NCBI RefSeq assembly: GCF_035084215.1
Contig: NC_090333.1
Location: 26,722,001-26,786,000, forward strand
DNA from: Heptranchias perlo
Lineage: Eukaryota
DNA: 64,000 nucleotides
Direction: 5' to 3'
Part shown: positions 21,801 through 34,800 of the stretch, piece by piece
Numbering within the stretch: position 1 is the stretch's first letter
Layout of the letters: each line of letters begins with the position of its first letter
Translations under genes and position numbers: made by a program
The notes under the pieces: model-generated
Told to the model about the DNA's origin: nothing
Databases searched by the model: none
What the model saw: only the letters and a program-made list of their open reading frames with translations

Positions 21801-24800
21801 ATATTTCTTGCTAGTTTACTTTCATATTCTATTTTCTCCCTTATCAATTTTTTTGGTCATCCTTTGCTGGTTTCTAAAACTCTCCCAATCCTCAGGCTTA
21901 CTACACTTCTTCATAACATTATAAGCCTCTTCTTTTAACCTAATACTATCCTTAACTTCTTTAGTTAGCCACAGAAGAATCACTTTTCCCGCAGTGTTTT
22001 TATTTCTAAATGGAATGTGTATTTGTTGAGAATATTGAAATATTTCTTTAAATGTTTGCCATTGCTTATCTACCATCATACCTTTTAATCTAATTTCCCA
22101 ATCTACCTTAGCCAACTCGCCCCTCATACCTACGTAATTGGCTTTAATTTTAAGACTCTAGTTTCGGACTTAAGTACGTCATTCTCAATTCAATGTGAAA
22201 TTGTATCATATTATCCTTTACTGTGAGATTACTAATTAACCCTGTCTCATTACATAATACAAGATCTAAAATAGCCTGTTCCCTGGTTGGTTCCATAACG
22301 TATTGTTCTAGGAAACGGTCATGAATACATTCCATGAACTTGTCTTCTGGTCTGTCTTTGCCAATTTGATCTGTCCAGTCTATATGAAGATTAAAGTCCC
22401 CCACGATTATTGTATTATCTTTGTTCCAAGCTCCATTATTTCTTGATTAATACTCTGTCCAACAGTATAGCTACTGTTAGGGGGCCTATAAACTACTCCC
22501 ACCTATATTTTCTACCCCTTGTTATTTGTTATTTCCACCCATACTGATTCTACTTCCTGTTCTTCTGAGCCAAGATCCTTTCTCACCACTGCCCTTATGT
22601 GATCCTTTATCAGGGCTACCCGCACCCCGCCCCCCACCCTCCTTTTCCATTCTGCCTGTCTTTTTGAAACGTCAAGTACCCTGGAATATTTAGATTCTAA
22701 CCTTGGTCACCTTGCAACTACGGCTCAGTAATGGCTACTAGATCAAACCATTTATCTCTGTCTCATTAATTCGTCTATCTTGTTACGAATGCTTCGTACA
22801 TTCAGATAAAGAGCCTTTAATTTTAAACTTTTTACCATTTTTCCCTGCTTTGACCTGATTCGTTGATGCGCTAATACAGTTAAACTATCTTCAAATTAGA
22901 TTAAATTCTCAATTTTATTTGTTCTGGGTTTGCGACTGGTAACATTTTGTATTACTAGGTTCTCAGAAACGAGAGGCTCCAAAGTGGAGCTCCAAGGAGT
23001 GATAGGGAGGTGGTTCAGGCCTGCTCACCCCACATTGCTGTGTTTTCAATTACAGCCTCGTCTCCGTTGGGAAAATTAAGTGGATTAAAGAGGGAGGGAC
23101 AGCAGCAGGCTTACCTGTACTTTTGAAAAGTAACTTGCATTGATTATGGATTCCCTTTCTTCACTCCCTCAACTTTTGGTGGAAAGCTTAAAGTCTCCTT
23201 ATGCAGGGTTCAATGCAAAAGCCGTAACAGATCAGAATGTAGCTTCATGTTCACGATCACCTTAACAGATGATATTTTCAAATTTAACCAAGTATTCCAA
23301 ATAGCAGAGGGAGGCAAATGAACAGGAAATCAGTCAGTCGGCTCATGCGAGTTTGACAAATTAGTTTGTCACCAGCAAACGCAGAGGCCTGAGGCTACAA
23401 TGACTGTCTCTTGTTTCTTGAGTGCAATACATGACATGATATTTATGGGGGTTGAGAGGGAGAGGGCGGTGAGAAGAGAATAGTGTTTAATATAAAACCT
23501 TCTTGTTAAATCATAGAATCAGATTGCAATGTCAGGCCAAATCTACGTTCTCCTCTTCCCCAAATTTAATTAACATTAATGGCAAATATTTAACCCTCTA
23601 AGTCTGGTTGCAGCTTCGGTTAGTCCTAGATTACTACCGGGCCTGCCTGCTGCTACATAACATTTCTAAATTTGTTTTTGCAGAGGTCAAGAAGCAGAAT
23701 GAATAATAGAAAAAAGGCAAGGAATAAAAATAAAAGACAAAAATTTGCAGACAAATTTGCTTCTCAATTTTTAACACTCCCACATCATAGCCACAGCATA
23801 CTGGCTAATTTCAACTGTATTACATAATGAACACAAAAGAGTTGGTAACCAGAGATTAAAGAATTGCTTGCTGTTTCCTTACTGATGAGAGATTACTATT
23901 TTAACTTGCCCCTTTAATCTTCAGTGGCACAATCATCGCTGAGTCCCCTACCATGAAAATCTTGTGGGGGGTGGGGGGGGAAGGGGTCACCACTGACCAG
24001 AAGTGAATTGGACCAGCCATATCAACACTGCGGCTACAAGATCTGGGCAGAGGCTGGGTGCTCAGCAACCAGTGGCTCACCTCCCAACTCCTCAATGCTT
24101 ATCCACCATCTACAAGGCTCAGATCAGGAGCACGATGGACCATACGCGCCTGGATTGGTGCAGCTGCAACAACACTAGAGAAGCTCAACACCATCCAAGG
24201 CAGAGCAGTTTGCTTAATTGGCACACATCACCAGGCTCAATATCTACCCATCACTGAAGTACTGAGTCTGTGGCAGGTACGATCTACAGATTGGAGTGCA
24301 GCAACTCACCGAGGTTACTTTGAGAGCACCTTCAAGTCACACAACATCCTGACTTGGACAAATATTGCCGCTCCTTCTCAGTCGCCAAATCAATATCCTG
24401 GAATTCCCTAACGCTATTGTGGGAACACCATCACATGGACTACAGTGGTTGAAGGAAGACGCCCATCACCACCTTCTCAGAGCAACTAGGGATGGGCAAT
24501 AAATGCGACCCTGCCTATATCCCGAAAACAAGTAATTAAAAAATCAAATGAGAACTTCCAGGTATCTAGGATTTCACAGAAGATCATTGTGTACTTACCA
24601 CCAAATCTTCCTCCTCTTCATCCTAAGGAGAAACAACTTGATTAGTAAAAGTGAACAGGAAGCGAGATAAATGACCAGTTGATCCGGTATAACTATTTGC
24701 ATTTAGGTAGCATCTTTCAGAGGCACATGGAAAAAAATGGATGCCAAACGAAAGGAGATATTAAGAGGGGTGACCAAAAGCTTGGTCAAAGAAGTGCATT

Positions 24801-27800
24801 TTAAGGAGAGTCTTAAAGGAGGGAGGTGGAGGGGTTTAGGGAGGGAACTCCAAAATGAGAGGCCTAGGCAGTTGAAGGCAGGGTCACCAATGGTGGTGGT
24901 GGTGGTGGTGGTGGGGTGGGGGGAGAGGAGGAGGTGGATAACAGGCCAGATTCAGAGCAAGAGTTTGGGGAAGAGGGATGCAGCACTGGAGGAACCTACA
25001 AATATAGGGAGGTCAAGGATTTAAACACAAGGATGAGAATTTTAAATGAAGTACTATGGGACAAGGCTGTTGATGCTGGATTAATTGAAATGTTCATGGC
25101 TAAGAGCGATAGATTTTTGTTAAGCAAGGGTATCAAGGGATATGGAGCAAAGGCAGGTAAATGGAGATGAGGTACAGATCAGCCATGATCAAACAGAATG
25201 GTAGAACAGGCTCAAGGGGCTTATTGGCCTACTCCTGTTCCTATTATGCAGGTTGAAAGTGCAGTCTGGATTTAAACAGAGTTGTGGACGAGATGGCCAC
25301 AAATGTGGGAGGTAACAACAATTTCAAAGACCTTGTGGAGGAAGAGGTTGGAGATGGGGCAGTAGTTTGCAGGGGGAGAAGAGTCAAAAAGGTGTTAGCT
25401 AATCTAGTACTATTTACTGGGCATCTAACATTTTAATTATAATTACCACTGATTTACATTAGGCAGAGATTAGAAACTCTGTCCTCCCACTGAAGGGACC
25501 ACTCAAAAGTCAGGTTCAAAAAGGTACAAGCTGTACCTTGTCAAAAAAACTCTCCGTTGACCTCGTGCCTTGCAAACTAGTGCCCCATCTCCACCCTCCC
25601 TTTCCGCTCAAGTCCTTGAACACGTTGCTGCCTCACAAATCTGTGTCTATCTTTCCCACAACTCCATGCTTGAATCTCTCCAATCAGGGTTCTGCCCCTG
25701 CCACAGCACTGAAAAAACATAACCAAAGTCACTGACAAATTCTCTGACTGTGACCATGGTGGATTATCACTCATCATCCTCTGTGCAGCCTGACAGTCAG
25801 CCACACCATCCTCCTCCAACACCTCTCCTCTTCTCTTCTGTCCAGTTCAGTGGGAATCCTCTCACTTGGTACCACTCTTGCTCTGACTAGAATCAGATAG
25901 GCATCTCCAGCAGTGGTTCGCTTAGCCCCCACCTCACACTATTACCTCTGGGCCCCCCTAGATCTATTCTAAGCCTCTGCTTCTTCCTCATCTACATGAG
26001 GCCACTTACTGACATCATCTGCAGTCATGGGGTCAGCTTCCACCTCTATGCTGATGACAGCCATCTCTATCATTCCATCACCCCTCCACTGTTTGTGTTG
26101 TCAGACAACTTGTCCAGTCTTGAATGAGCCACAATTTCATCCAGCCATCATCTTCAGCCCCTGCCACAAACTCCATTCCCTTGCCACCTATTCCATTTCC
26201 CTCCCCAGCCACCATCTCAGACTGAAACAGACTGTTCACAACTTTGGTGTCCTATTTGATCCAGAGCTGAGCTTCTGACCCCACATCCTCTCAATCACAA
26301 AGACTACCAATTTCCATCTCTGCCTCTACTTCAGCCCATCTGCTGCAGAAACTCTCAGCCATGCCTTGTCACCTCCAGACTCAACTATTCCAATAGTCTC
26401 CTGGCTGGCTTCTTATCCTCTCCCCACAACATACCTCAGCTCATCTAGCACTCTACTGCCGTATCCTGACCACACCAAGTCCTGTTCACCCACCACCACT
26501 GAGCTCGCTGACCTACATTGGTTCCCAGTCCAGCAACACTTCAATTTTAAAATTCTCATCCTGGTGTTCAAATCCTTCCATGGCATCGCCCCTCCATACC
26601 TCTGTAACCTCCTACAGCCCTACAACTCTTAAGATTACTCCTTTCCTCCAATTGTGGTCTCTTGCGCATTCCTGATTTCCTTCGTCCCATCTCTGGTGGC
26701 TGTGCCTTCAGCTGCTTAGGACCTAAGCTCTGGAATTCCCTTCCTAAACCTCGCTTTCCTAATTTAAGACACTTAAAACCTACCTCTTTGACCAAGCTTT
26801 TGGTTACTTGTCCCAATAACTCCTTATGTGGCTTGGTGTCAAATATTGTCTGATAACACTCCTATGAAGTGCCTTAGGAGGGGGGGAAAGGTTACTACAT
26901 TAAAGGCGCTATATAAATGCAAGTTGTCATTGCTGTCCATATCCTATCCCACTCACCCATCCTTGCTGACGTACATTGGTGCCCGTTCCCCTATCCTTGT
27001 GTTTAACTCCCTTCATGGCCATGCCCCCTCCCCAAGAATTCTCAATTATTCAGGCACTGGCTTTCTGTTCACCCCTTCACCCCACTATTAGCAACCATGC
27101 CTTCAGAAACTAGGCCGCACACTCAAATTCCCTCCCTAAACCACTCCGCCTCTTCACCTCCCACTCGTCCTTTTTGACACTCCTTAACACCCACCTCACT
27201 AACCAAGTTTTTGGTCACCCCTAATATCATCTTTGGTTCAGTGTCCATTTTTGTCTGGTTACAGAATTTAACATTAAAGGCACTATATAAATGCATGTTG
27301 TTGTTCTTCTAGCAGGAAGCTAGATTAGAATTTTTAAAAAGGCAAAAAAAAAGTATCAATATTATTCAAGACACCTTTTTTGCATCTATCAAACACTCCA
27401 TAAAAATTCTATCATGAGATGCATTTTAAAAGGAACAGAAAGGAGGGAAAAAAATACATTTGAAAGAAATATAATGACCTGTAAAGTGCTTAAGTGGAAA
27501 ACAGGAGATGGTTAAGTATGTATGCATCTTCCCCTTTTGCTCTGTTTTTAAAAAAAAATTTATCCGTCACATTTTCCAGTTCTGTTGATATGTCCACACC
27601 TGAAATGTTAACTTGGCTGTTCTCCCCACAAATGCTGCCTGACCTGTTGGGTCTTTCAAGCATTTTATGTTTTTGTTTCAGATTTCAAACATCTGGCATT
27701 TTTTACTTTAATGTTGCATAAGAATAGCGCCACATACTGGACCAGTAGGGTATTTAATTTCCCACAACAGCTATCTTTGTAGCCAGAATGATGCTGGAGC

Positions 27801-30800
27801 ACTGAACTGGTGTGAGACAAAAGGGGCTGGGTAATACTGTAGGTTTCCAGTACTATAGATTCTGCCTTGCTTACATTAATGGGCAGATTCCACAACAAAC
27901 AACTGCAACTGAAAGAAAGTAATGATTTGAAAATTATTTTTTGGCACTGGGACCTTCCCCAATAGAATGTACAGGCAAGCAATGGAAAAAAACTGCAGTG
28001 GCCTTAAAAAGAGGCAGCTGGTATTACAACAAAAAACATACAGTGATAAGGAATGTAAATAAGTGCTATAATGGGTCAGTGGACTTCATCTACCTTCCAG
28101 CATTCCAAGGTAAATACAGCACAAGATTGCCAATTTAGTACCAAATTATAGGTAGTTTTTGCTGTGAATTCAGACCACTGGCAACTGCAGTGAGACAGCT
28201 CAAACTAATTTCAGTTAGAATTCTCATGATCAGAAACAATTTTCATCCCATCAGACTGATCTGGATTCAAACTCAAGACGTAACAGCAGAGAGAAAGAAA
28301 GAATCTAGGGGAAGGACGTACCATCCGTGGCTAACGAAGGAAGTTAAAGGTAGTATCAAATTGAAAGAATAAGCATTCAATTCAGTGAAGATTAGCAGCA
28401 GGTCAGAAGGTTAAACAGAATATAAAAAACAGCAAAGAATGACAAAGAATAATGAGGGAGAAATTAGAGTACGAGAGAAAGGTAGCTAGAAATATAAAAA
28501 CAGATAGTAAGAGTTTCTACAGGTATTTAAAAAAGGAAAAGAGTAAGTGATCGTTGATCCTCTAGAGTGAGAGTCTGGGGAATTAATAATGGAGAATAGG
28601 AAATGGTAGATGAATTGAACAGATATTTTGCATCCGTCTTCACCATAGAGGATACAAATAACATGCCAGAAATAACTGTGAATTAAGAGGTGAAAGGGAG
28701 GGAGGAACTTAAAACATTTACAATCACCAGGGAAAGGATTCTGACAAGTCCCCAGGTCCTGACGGATTTCATCCTAAGGTCTTAAAAGAAGTGACTGCAG
28801 AGATAGTAGATGCATTGGTATTAATTTTCCAAAATTCCCAAGATTCTGGAAGGGTCCCATCAGATTGGAAAATAGCAAATGTAACTCCTCTATTCAAGCA
28901 AGGAGGGAGACAGAAAGCAGGAAACTACAGACCAGTTAGCTTAACATCTTGTCATAGGGAAAATGCTAGAATCTATTATTGAGGTTATAGCAGGGCACTT
29001 AGAAAATCTCAATACAATCAGGCAGAGTCAACAAGGCTTTGTGAAAGGGAAATCGTGTTTGACTAACTTATTAGAGTTCTTTGAGGAAATAACAAGCAAC
29101 ATGGATAAAGGGGATCCTGTGGATGTGGTGTACTTGGATTTCTAGAAGGCTTTTGACAAGGTGCCACATCAAAGATTACTACACAAAATAAGAGCACATG
29201 GTGTAGGAGGTAACATATTAGCATGGATAAAGGATTAGTTAGCTAACAGGAAACAGAGTAGGCATAAATGGGTCATTTTCAGATTGGTAGAGATGTAATG
29301 AGTTGAGTGCCACAGTGATCAGTGCTTGGGCCTCAACTGTTTACAATCTATGTCAATGACTTGGATGAAGTTGCTAAATTTGCTGATGACACAAAAAGTA
29401 GGTATGAAAGTCAGTGTGAAGAGGACATAAGGAGGGATATAGATAGGTTAAGTAAGTGGGCAAAAATTTAGCATATGGAGTATAATGTGGGAAAATGTAA
29501 CTTTGTCCACTTTGGCAGGAGGAATAGAAATGCAGTATATTATTTAAATGGAGATTGCAGAACTCTGAGGTACTCTGGGTGTCCTAGTACACAAATCACA
29601 AAAAGTTAGTATGCAGATGCAGCAAGTGATTAGGAAGGCAAATGGAATGTTGTCATTTATTGCAAGGGGAATGGATTATAAAAGTAGAGAAGTTTTGCTA
29701 GTTGTACAGGGCATTGGTGAGACCACATCTAGAATACTGTGTGCAGTTTTGGTCTCATTTAAGAAACGACATAATTACTTTGGAGGCAGGTCAGAGAATG
29801 TTCACTAACTGATTCCTGGGATGAGGGGGTTATCTTAAGAGGAAAGACTGGACAAGTTGGGCCTGTATACACTGGAGTTTAGAAGAATGAGAGGTGATCT
29901 TATTGAAACATATAAGATGCTGAGGGGGCTTGAAGGGGTAGATGCTGAGAGGATGTTTCCCCTTGTGGGAGAGACTAGAACTAGGGACCACAGTTTAAAA
30001 ATAAGGGGTCTCCCATTTAAGATGGAGATGAGGAGAAATTTTTTCTCTCAGAGGGTCATGAGTCAGTGGAACTCCCTTCCCCAGAGAGCAGTGGAGACAG
30101 GGTCATCGAATATTTTTACAGCTGAGTTAGATAGATTCCTGATTAACAAGGGAGTCAAAGATTATAGTAGGTAGATGAGAAAATAGGGTTGAGGTCACAA
30201 TCAGATCAGCCACGATCTTATCAAATGGCAGAGCAGGCTCAAGGGGCCAAATGGCCTACTCCTGCTCTTAATTTGTATGTAATTGTTTGTATCTTGAGCA
30301 ATACAAACTCACACAGAGCATCCCAGTCAATCCTTTCCATTTGTCCTTGGTCTTAAACACAGAGCAGGGATGTAATTAAACTGAGCCTTGTTTATAGTTA
30401 TTTTGCCGCTTGGTTCATCCTCCCTCAGTTGCTTGACGCCATTAAGTACCACACCAAGGGCTGAGAAATCCCACAGTTCAAGAGAAAATATTAAATCAGG
30501 AACTATTAGAGATTCAAAACACACCAGAAAATACAGATCAAGCACCAAGGTTTCTCCCATCTGAGAGGGAATATTGGGAAAGGGCTCAGTTAAATAAAAA
30601 CCCACTGGGAATCACAAAACATAATTAGTAAATAAGTAAAACAAATAAAATAAAACACTGCAAGAGCTGGAAACAAAAACACAAAATGCTGCAAGCACAA
30701 CAGGTCAGTCAGCATCGGTATGGAGGACAAACAGCCGACGTGCACATTAGTGACCCCTGATCTAGAAAGGAGGACAAATCCAGGTCAGACTGACCCTGAC

Positions 30801-31149
30801 CCCCTCCTCCTCCCACTGTCCCGTAATCCATTTGCCCAGGTCTCCTCGTACATTATAGCTCGACGACCCCTCCCCACCGTCCTTGGACTCAGCCCCAACG
30901 ACCCCCAGTCCCCGCTGCTCTCACTCCTGGATAAACCCGGCCCAGGTTTGTCCTTGGCTTTCCGCCGGGCCTAGCCTCAAGTTACAGCGACTTTCACACC
31001 TCGGCTTCAATTGCTTCGCCACCCCACCCCCGGGGGGTCCTTTAATTCCTGCTTAAGCTCCCCCCTTCCTGAGTCTGAGCTGTCCTCCTCTCACTGGGCC
31101 TCACCTCAGGCTCTCCGTTACTCAACATCACCTCATCCCCCAGACCCAT
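18853..31149 (-). CDS. UQCRH: UQCRH, cytochrome b-c1 complex subunit 6 (hinge protein); whole gene span, 4 exons, 87 aa
   Basis: Join(-) 31149-31105, 24622-24599, 19881-19720, 18885-18853 = 264 nt; all introns phase 0 GT-AG. Acidic N-terminus and DP...C...C...CEERV...[17 protein letters not shown] hinge signature. Confidence 0.95.
19720..19881 (-). CDS. UQCRH: UQCRH exon 3
   Basis: gtgcag|[16 protein letters not shown]...LHARDQC|gtgagc. Confidence 0.95.
20040..22860 (-). mobile_element. Decayed CR1 LINE ORF2 in UQCRH intron 2
   Basis: [26 protein letters not shown] fragments and CR1 tail. Confidence 0.9.
23905..24530 (+). mobile_element. 3' fragment of the 62845-64000 LINE family
   Basis: NWTSHINT...[11 protein letters not shown]; tail caccaccttctc...gggcaataaatgc. 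Confidence 0.8.
24599..24622 (-). CDS. UQCRH: UQCRH exon 2 (24-nt microexon)
   Basis: ctccttag|GAT GAA GAG GAG GAA GAT TTG GTG|gtaagt = DEEEEDLV. Confidence 0.88.
24690..25245. mobile_element. L2 3' fragment (minus) followed by a CR1 tail (plus)
   Basis: Reverse complement of the L2 tail at 24690-25050; CR1 tail at 25060-25245. Confidence 0.7.
25540..27305 (+). mobile_element. L2 LINE fragments (two tandem 3' ends)
   Basis: [19 protein letters not shown]; L2 tails near 26900 and 27275. Confidence 0.8.
28290..30280 (+). mobile_element. Decayed CR1 LINE in UQCRH intron 1
   Basis: [32 protein letters not shown] fragments and tail. Confidence 0.9.
31105..31149 (-). CDS. UQCRH: UQCRH exon 1
   Basis: Kozak gccATGG; [15 protein letters not shown]; donor GTGAGG; CpG-rich region. 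Confidence 0.88.
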
Positions 31150-31490
31150 GGCGCCGACTTTTCCGCTCGGACCCGGCAAAAGTGCTGCGCATGCTCACCT
31201 GGCCTGTAATGACGTCCACATCCAAACACCCGGATGTTGTGACCGTTATGGACCGGCGGGAAGTGGCGCGAGAGGTGCAGTTCGGGGCTCCAACACTACG
31301 ATGATGTCTCAGAGGCGGTATGACGGCGGTTACCTTTCTTTACTAAGAAACTGTTTGTATTTTATGTTTTACTCCAAAGTGAAAAACGAGCGCCAAATCA
31401 CGTCCGACGCTGCCGGAGTAAATTGTACGTCTTTTTTTTTGTGAATGGTGCATGTGATCAACATGGGCAGCACGAGGCGGGGCCACCTTT
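31150..31490 (-). promoter_or_regulatory. UQCRH CpG-rich promoter/5'UTR
   Basis: CpG-dense; NRF1-like TGCGCATGC near 31187 and ETS/GABP-like GGAAGTG near 31259, typical of nuclear OXPHOS genes. Confidence 0.6.
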
Positions 31491-31708
31491 TGCATACAAT
31501 ATTCAATAATAGGACACAAATAGCAATCAGTCCCCCTCCACCTCCACCTGGCTGAACTTGTTCTTATGTTGACTCCACTCACTTCCTCCAAATAAAAGGT
31601 GTCCCTATGGGTCCCAGCTATGCCTGTCTTTTTGTGGGCGAGGTGGAACATTCTTTGTCCCAGTCCTACTCAGGTCCCCTCCCTCACTTCTTTTCCCCTC
31701 CCTCACTT

Positions 31709-31796
31709 ATTTAAAATAAAATTGCTGGACTATAACTTGGTGTTGTAAAATTGTTTACAATTGTCAACCCCAGTCCATCACCGGCATCTCCACATC
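31709..31796 (+). mobile_element. 5'-truncated copy of the young Penelope-like terminal repeat
   Basis: Matches 39117-39204 base for base by eye. Confidence 0.8.
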
Positions 31797-31875
31797 TTTT
31801 TCCAGTACATTGATGGCTGTATCAGTGCCGTTTCCTGCTCTCGCCCCGAACTGGAAAATGTCATCAACTTTCCTT

Positions 31876-32058
31876 AGGTTGAGTCATTGAATACATTCAA
31901 GGCTGAGTTAGACAAATTTTTGATCAGCAAGGGAGTCAAAGGATATGGGGAAAGGGCAGGAAAGTGGAGTTGAAGTAAAAATCACATTAGCCATGATCTC
32001 ATTAAATAGCAGAGCAGGCTTGAGGGGGCGAATGGTCTACTTCTGCTCCTATCTCTTA
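31876..32058 (+). mobile_element. CR1 LINE 3' end nested in the Penelope-like element
   Basis: Shares the CR1 tail (agccatgatctcatt...gcagagcaggcttgagggg...ctcctat) with the 7700-7840 region. Confidence 0.75.
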
Positions 32059-33798
32059 TGGTTGCTTCCAATTTCCATCCTTCACATGTTCTACCTCTGA
32101 CTCTTCCCTTCCTTGACTTATCTATCTCCATTCCTGGGGATAGGCTGTCAACTAATATCTACTATAAACCCACCGACTCCACAGCTACCTTGATTACACT
32201 TCCTCCCACCCCACTTCCTGTAAGGACTTTATTCCATTCTCCCCATTTCTCCATCTCCGTCGCATGTGTTCTGACGATGCCACCTTCCACACCAGTATTT
32301 CCATTGTGTCCTTTTTCCTCAACCGAGGATTCACCTTCACTATAGTTGACAGGGCCCTCAACCGTGCCTGTCCCATTTCCCGCATTTCTGCCCTCACTCC
32401 TTCCCCTCCCTCTCAGAACCCTTGTCCTCACCTTCCACCCCACCAGCCTCCACATTCAACGGATCATCCTCCGCCATTTCCACTACCTCCAGCGCGATGC
32501 CGCCACTAAACATATCTTCCCGTCCCCTCCCCTTTCCGCATTCCGAAGGGACCATTCCCTCCCCAACATCCTGGTCCACTCTTCCATCATCCCCAATACC
32601 CGCTTCTCTTCCCACAGCACCTTCCCGTGCAAGCGCAGCAGATACAACACCTGCCCTTTCACCTCCTCCCTGCCCACTATCCAGGGCCCCAAACATTCCT
32701 TCCAGAAGAAACAGCAATTTACTTGTACTACTTTCAATTTAGTATACTGTATTCACTGCTCATAATGCGGTATCCTCCATACTGGGAAGACGAAACACAG
32801 ATTGGGTGACCACTTTGCTGAACCCCTCCATTCAGTCCGCAAGCGTGACCCTAATGTTCCGGTCACTTGCCATTTTAATTCTCCGTCCCACTCCCAATCT
32901 GACCACGGCCTCCTACATAGTTCCACTGAAGCTCAGCAAAATCTCGAGGAACAGCACCCCGTCTTTCCATTAGGCACTTTACAACTTTCTGGACTCAACA
33001 CTGATTTCAGTAACTTCAGATCATAACCACTGCTCTTATTTACAGCTCCTCCAGACCCATCTTTTGTTTCTTTACTTGACTCATAACCACCCTCCTTGCC
33101 TTGCACCATCACCCCTTTTGTCATTTAATCACTCCTCCCTCCACCCTATCACAGACCTTCCCTTCCCCTCCCCCAACCTCCTTAACAATTTCCAGTACTT
33201 TCAAGTATCTTTTTTTTTCCTTCAACAGTGCCAAAGCAGATCCTATAATCAGACCCTATCCAGGGGTTGTGTGACAATTACAATAAAGCAAAAGTAAACT
33301 TCTTAATGCTACCAGGGAGCAGGCTCCAATTTGGATTTAAAGTGATACCTTAATTATTTTCAACATTCATCACATTTATGAATGTTTACCTTGTAATGTT
33401 CGACTCGAGTTCTATCAAAAGGACAATACTGGATTAAAAAAATCTGGTCTTTGGCTCCGAGAATTATGGAAATGCTTTGCTCAATTCAGTGATTTACAGC
33501 CTCACCTTTCCCTATAAGAGGCAAACATGCCACATAGGGAACTGCGAACCCACAGTCCACCTTTTCTGATGTGAACAGACACTACAAAGAGATAGAGAAC
33601 ACAGACAAGACACTGTAAGGGAAGTGAAAACTGATCAACTGGTCAATTCATATTGTAAGAACTCTGGGTTTGGTATCCCGACAAATATGTCAATGAACCA
33701 GACGAATCATTAAGCCCCATTCGCCTTAACTCCTCACCAAGGAACCTTCTGGGGTTTACTGCCCAGCTTAGGTCTAGGAGTGAATGATGCCTAAATTT

Positions 33799-34800
33799 GG
33801 GTCGCCAAATTGTCTCATCACCCAGTTCGGATTGAATGTGAGTTTATCTTACCAGCCACCAATTAGGATGCCCACAAGACACAGTGATTTCTTACCAAAT
33901 CAAAAAAATCAGACAATGAGTCGTGCACTAACAACTATTTATTGAGTACAAGATCCTAATTATCACTACTTAAATTTAAACAGAGTATGCAAATTAATAG
34001 ATATAAATAGTTATAAACAGGGTTACCTAGCAATTGGAAGAACATAATTAATACAGTTACTTTATGAATTATAAAACTAAGAGGTTGTAAAGACAGCTTA
34101 AGTTATCACTGATTCAGCATTAACTGGATTGCTGAATTTTAAATTATAGTTGAGACCAACGTCAGAGACTACTACAAGTTGGTGAGATTAATTTACGATT
34201 AACTCCTTGGATAGCTGACTATTTAAGATCATTGCAAAGCCAGGCTATTGAATAGATTAGAGTCCAAGTGTTGGTGGTTAGCAGTGTTTCCAGAGCTTAT
34301 TCAATCACGTTCTTATGAGCAGTATGGTCGAGTTGGGATATCCCTGGGATGGCGGTATTGACGATCCGGATTCTTTCCCCTCAGTCTGGTTCAGTAATAA
34401 CTGAAGTCGAATACATTTTAAAGTCCAACACATCTTTAATAGCAGGGTTCTTAGTCTGCAGCATTGATTTGGACTCCTGATAGAGTCCCTCTATGCTGGC
34501 AGAGCAAGAACAAAAACATACAGAAATCCACACGTTTTTATACAGATGAATAGGGTTGGAACATACTTAACGAGGGTCAACACCAATCATAAGCCGGGCA
34601 TAGGTTGCCATGCGAGGTTACATTATTTCCGGCCAATCATAAATCGTCCATGTGCTGATCATGCTGCTGTTAGACATCAAAGGGGATAACTTCCTCATCT
34701 TCCAACTTGGAATGTTCTTCCCTGTTCCTTCTGTTCCTTATCTCCCAACCTGGAATGTCTTTCAACTTTGGCTAAGCTCGTTCCCTATATTGATCTGCCA
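33799..34800 (-). mobile_element. Possible LTR of an ERV/LTR retrotransposon with primer-binding site (right boundary not determined)
   Basis: On the minus strand in order: two CCAAT boxes, TATAAAAA at 34542, AATAAA at 33943, CA end at 33811, TGGCGACCC at 33807-33799. Confidence 0.4.

Larger units (their letters stand above)
31500..33030 (+). mobile_element. Degenerate Penelope-like retroelement (RT plus GIY-YIG endonuclease) with nested insertions
   Basis: Broken frames give FLQIKGVPMGPSYACLFVG, FQYIDG, FLDLSISI...TNIYYKPTDS, FTCTTFNLVYCIHC...HTGKT..RLGDHFAE; many stops and frameshifts. Confidence 0.85.

Noticed and set aside
24599-24622. 24-nt UQCRH microexon as a novelty
   Set aside because: A short acidic second exon is, as far as I recall, the normal vertebrate UQCRH structure.
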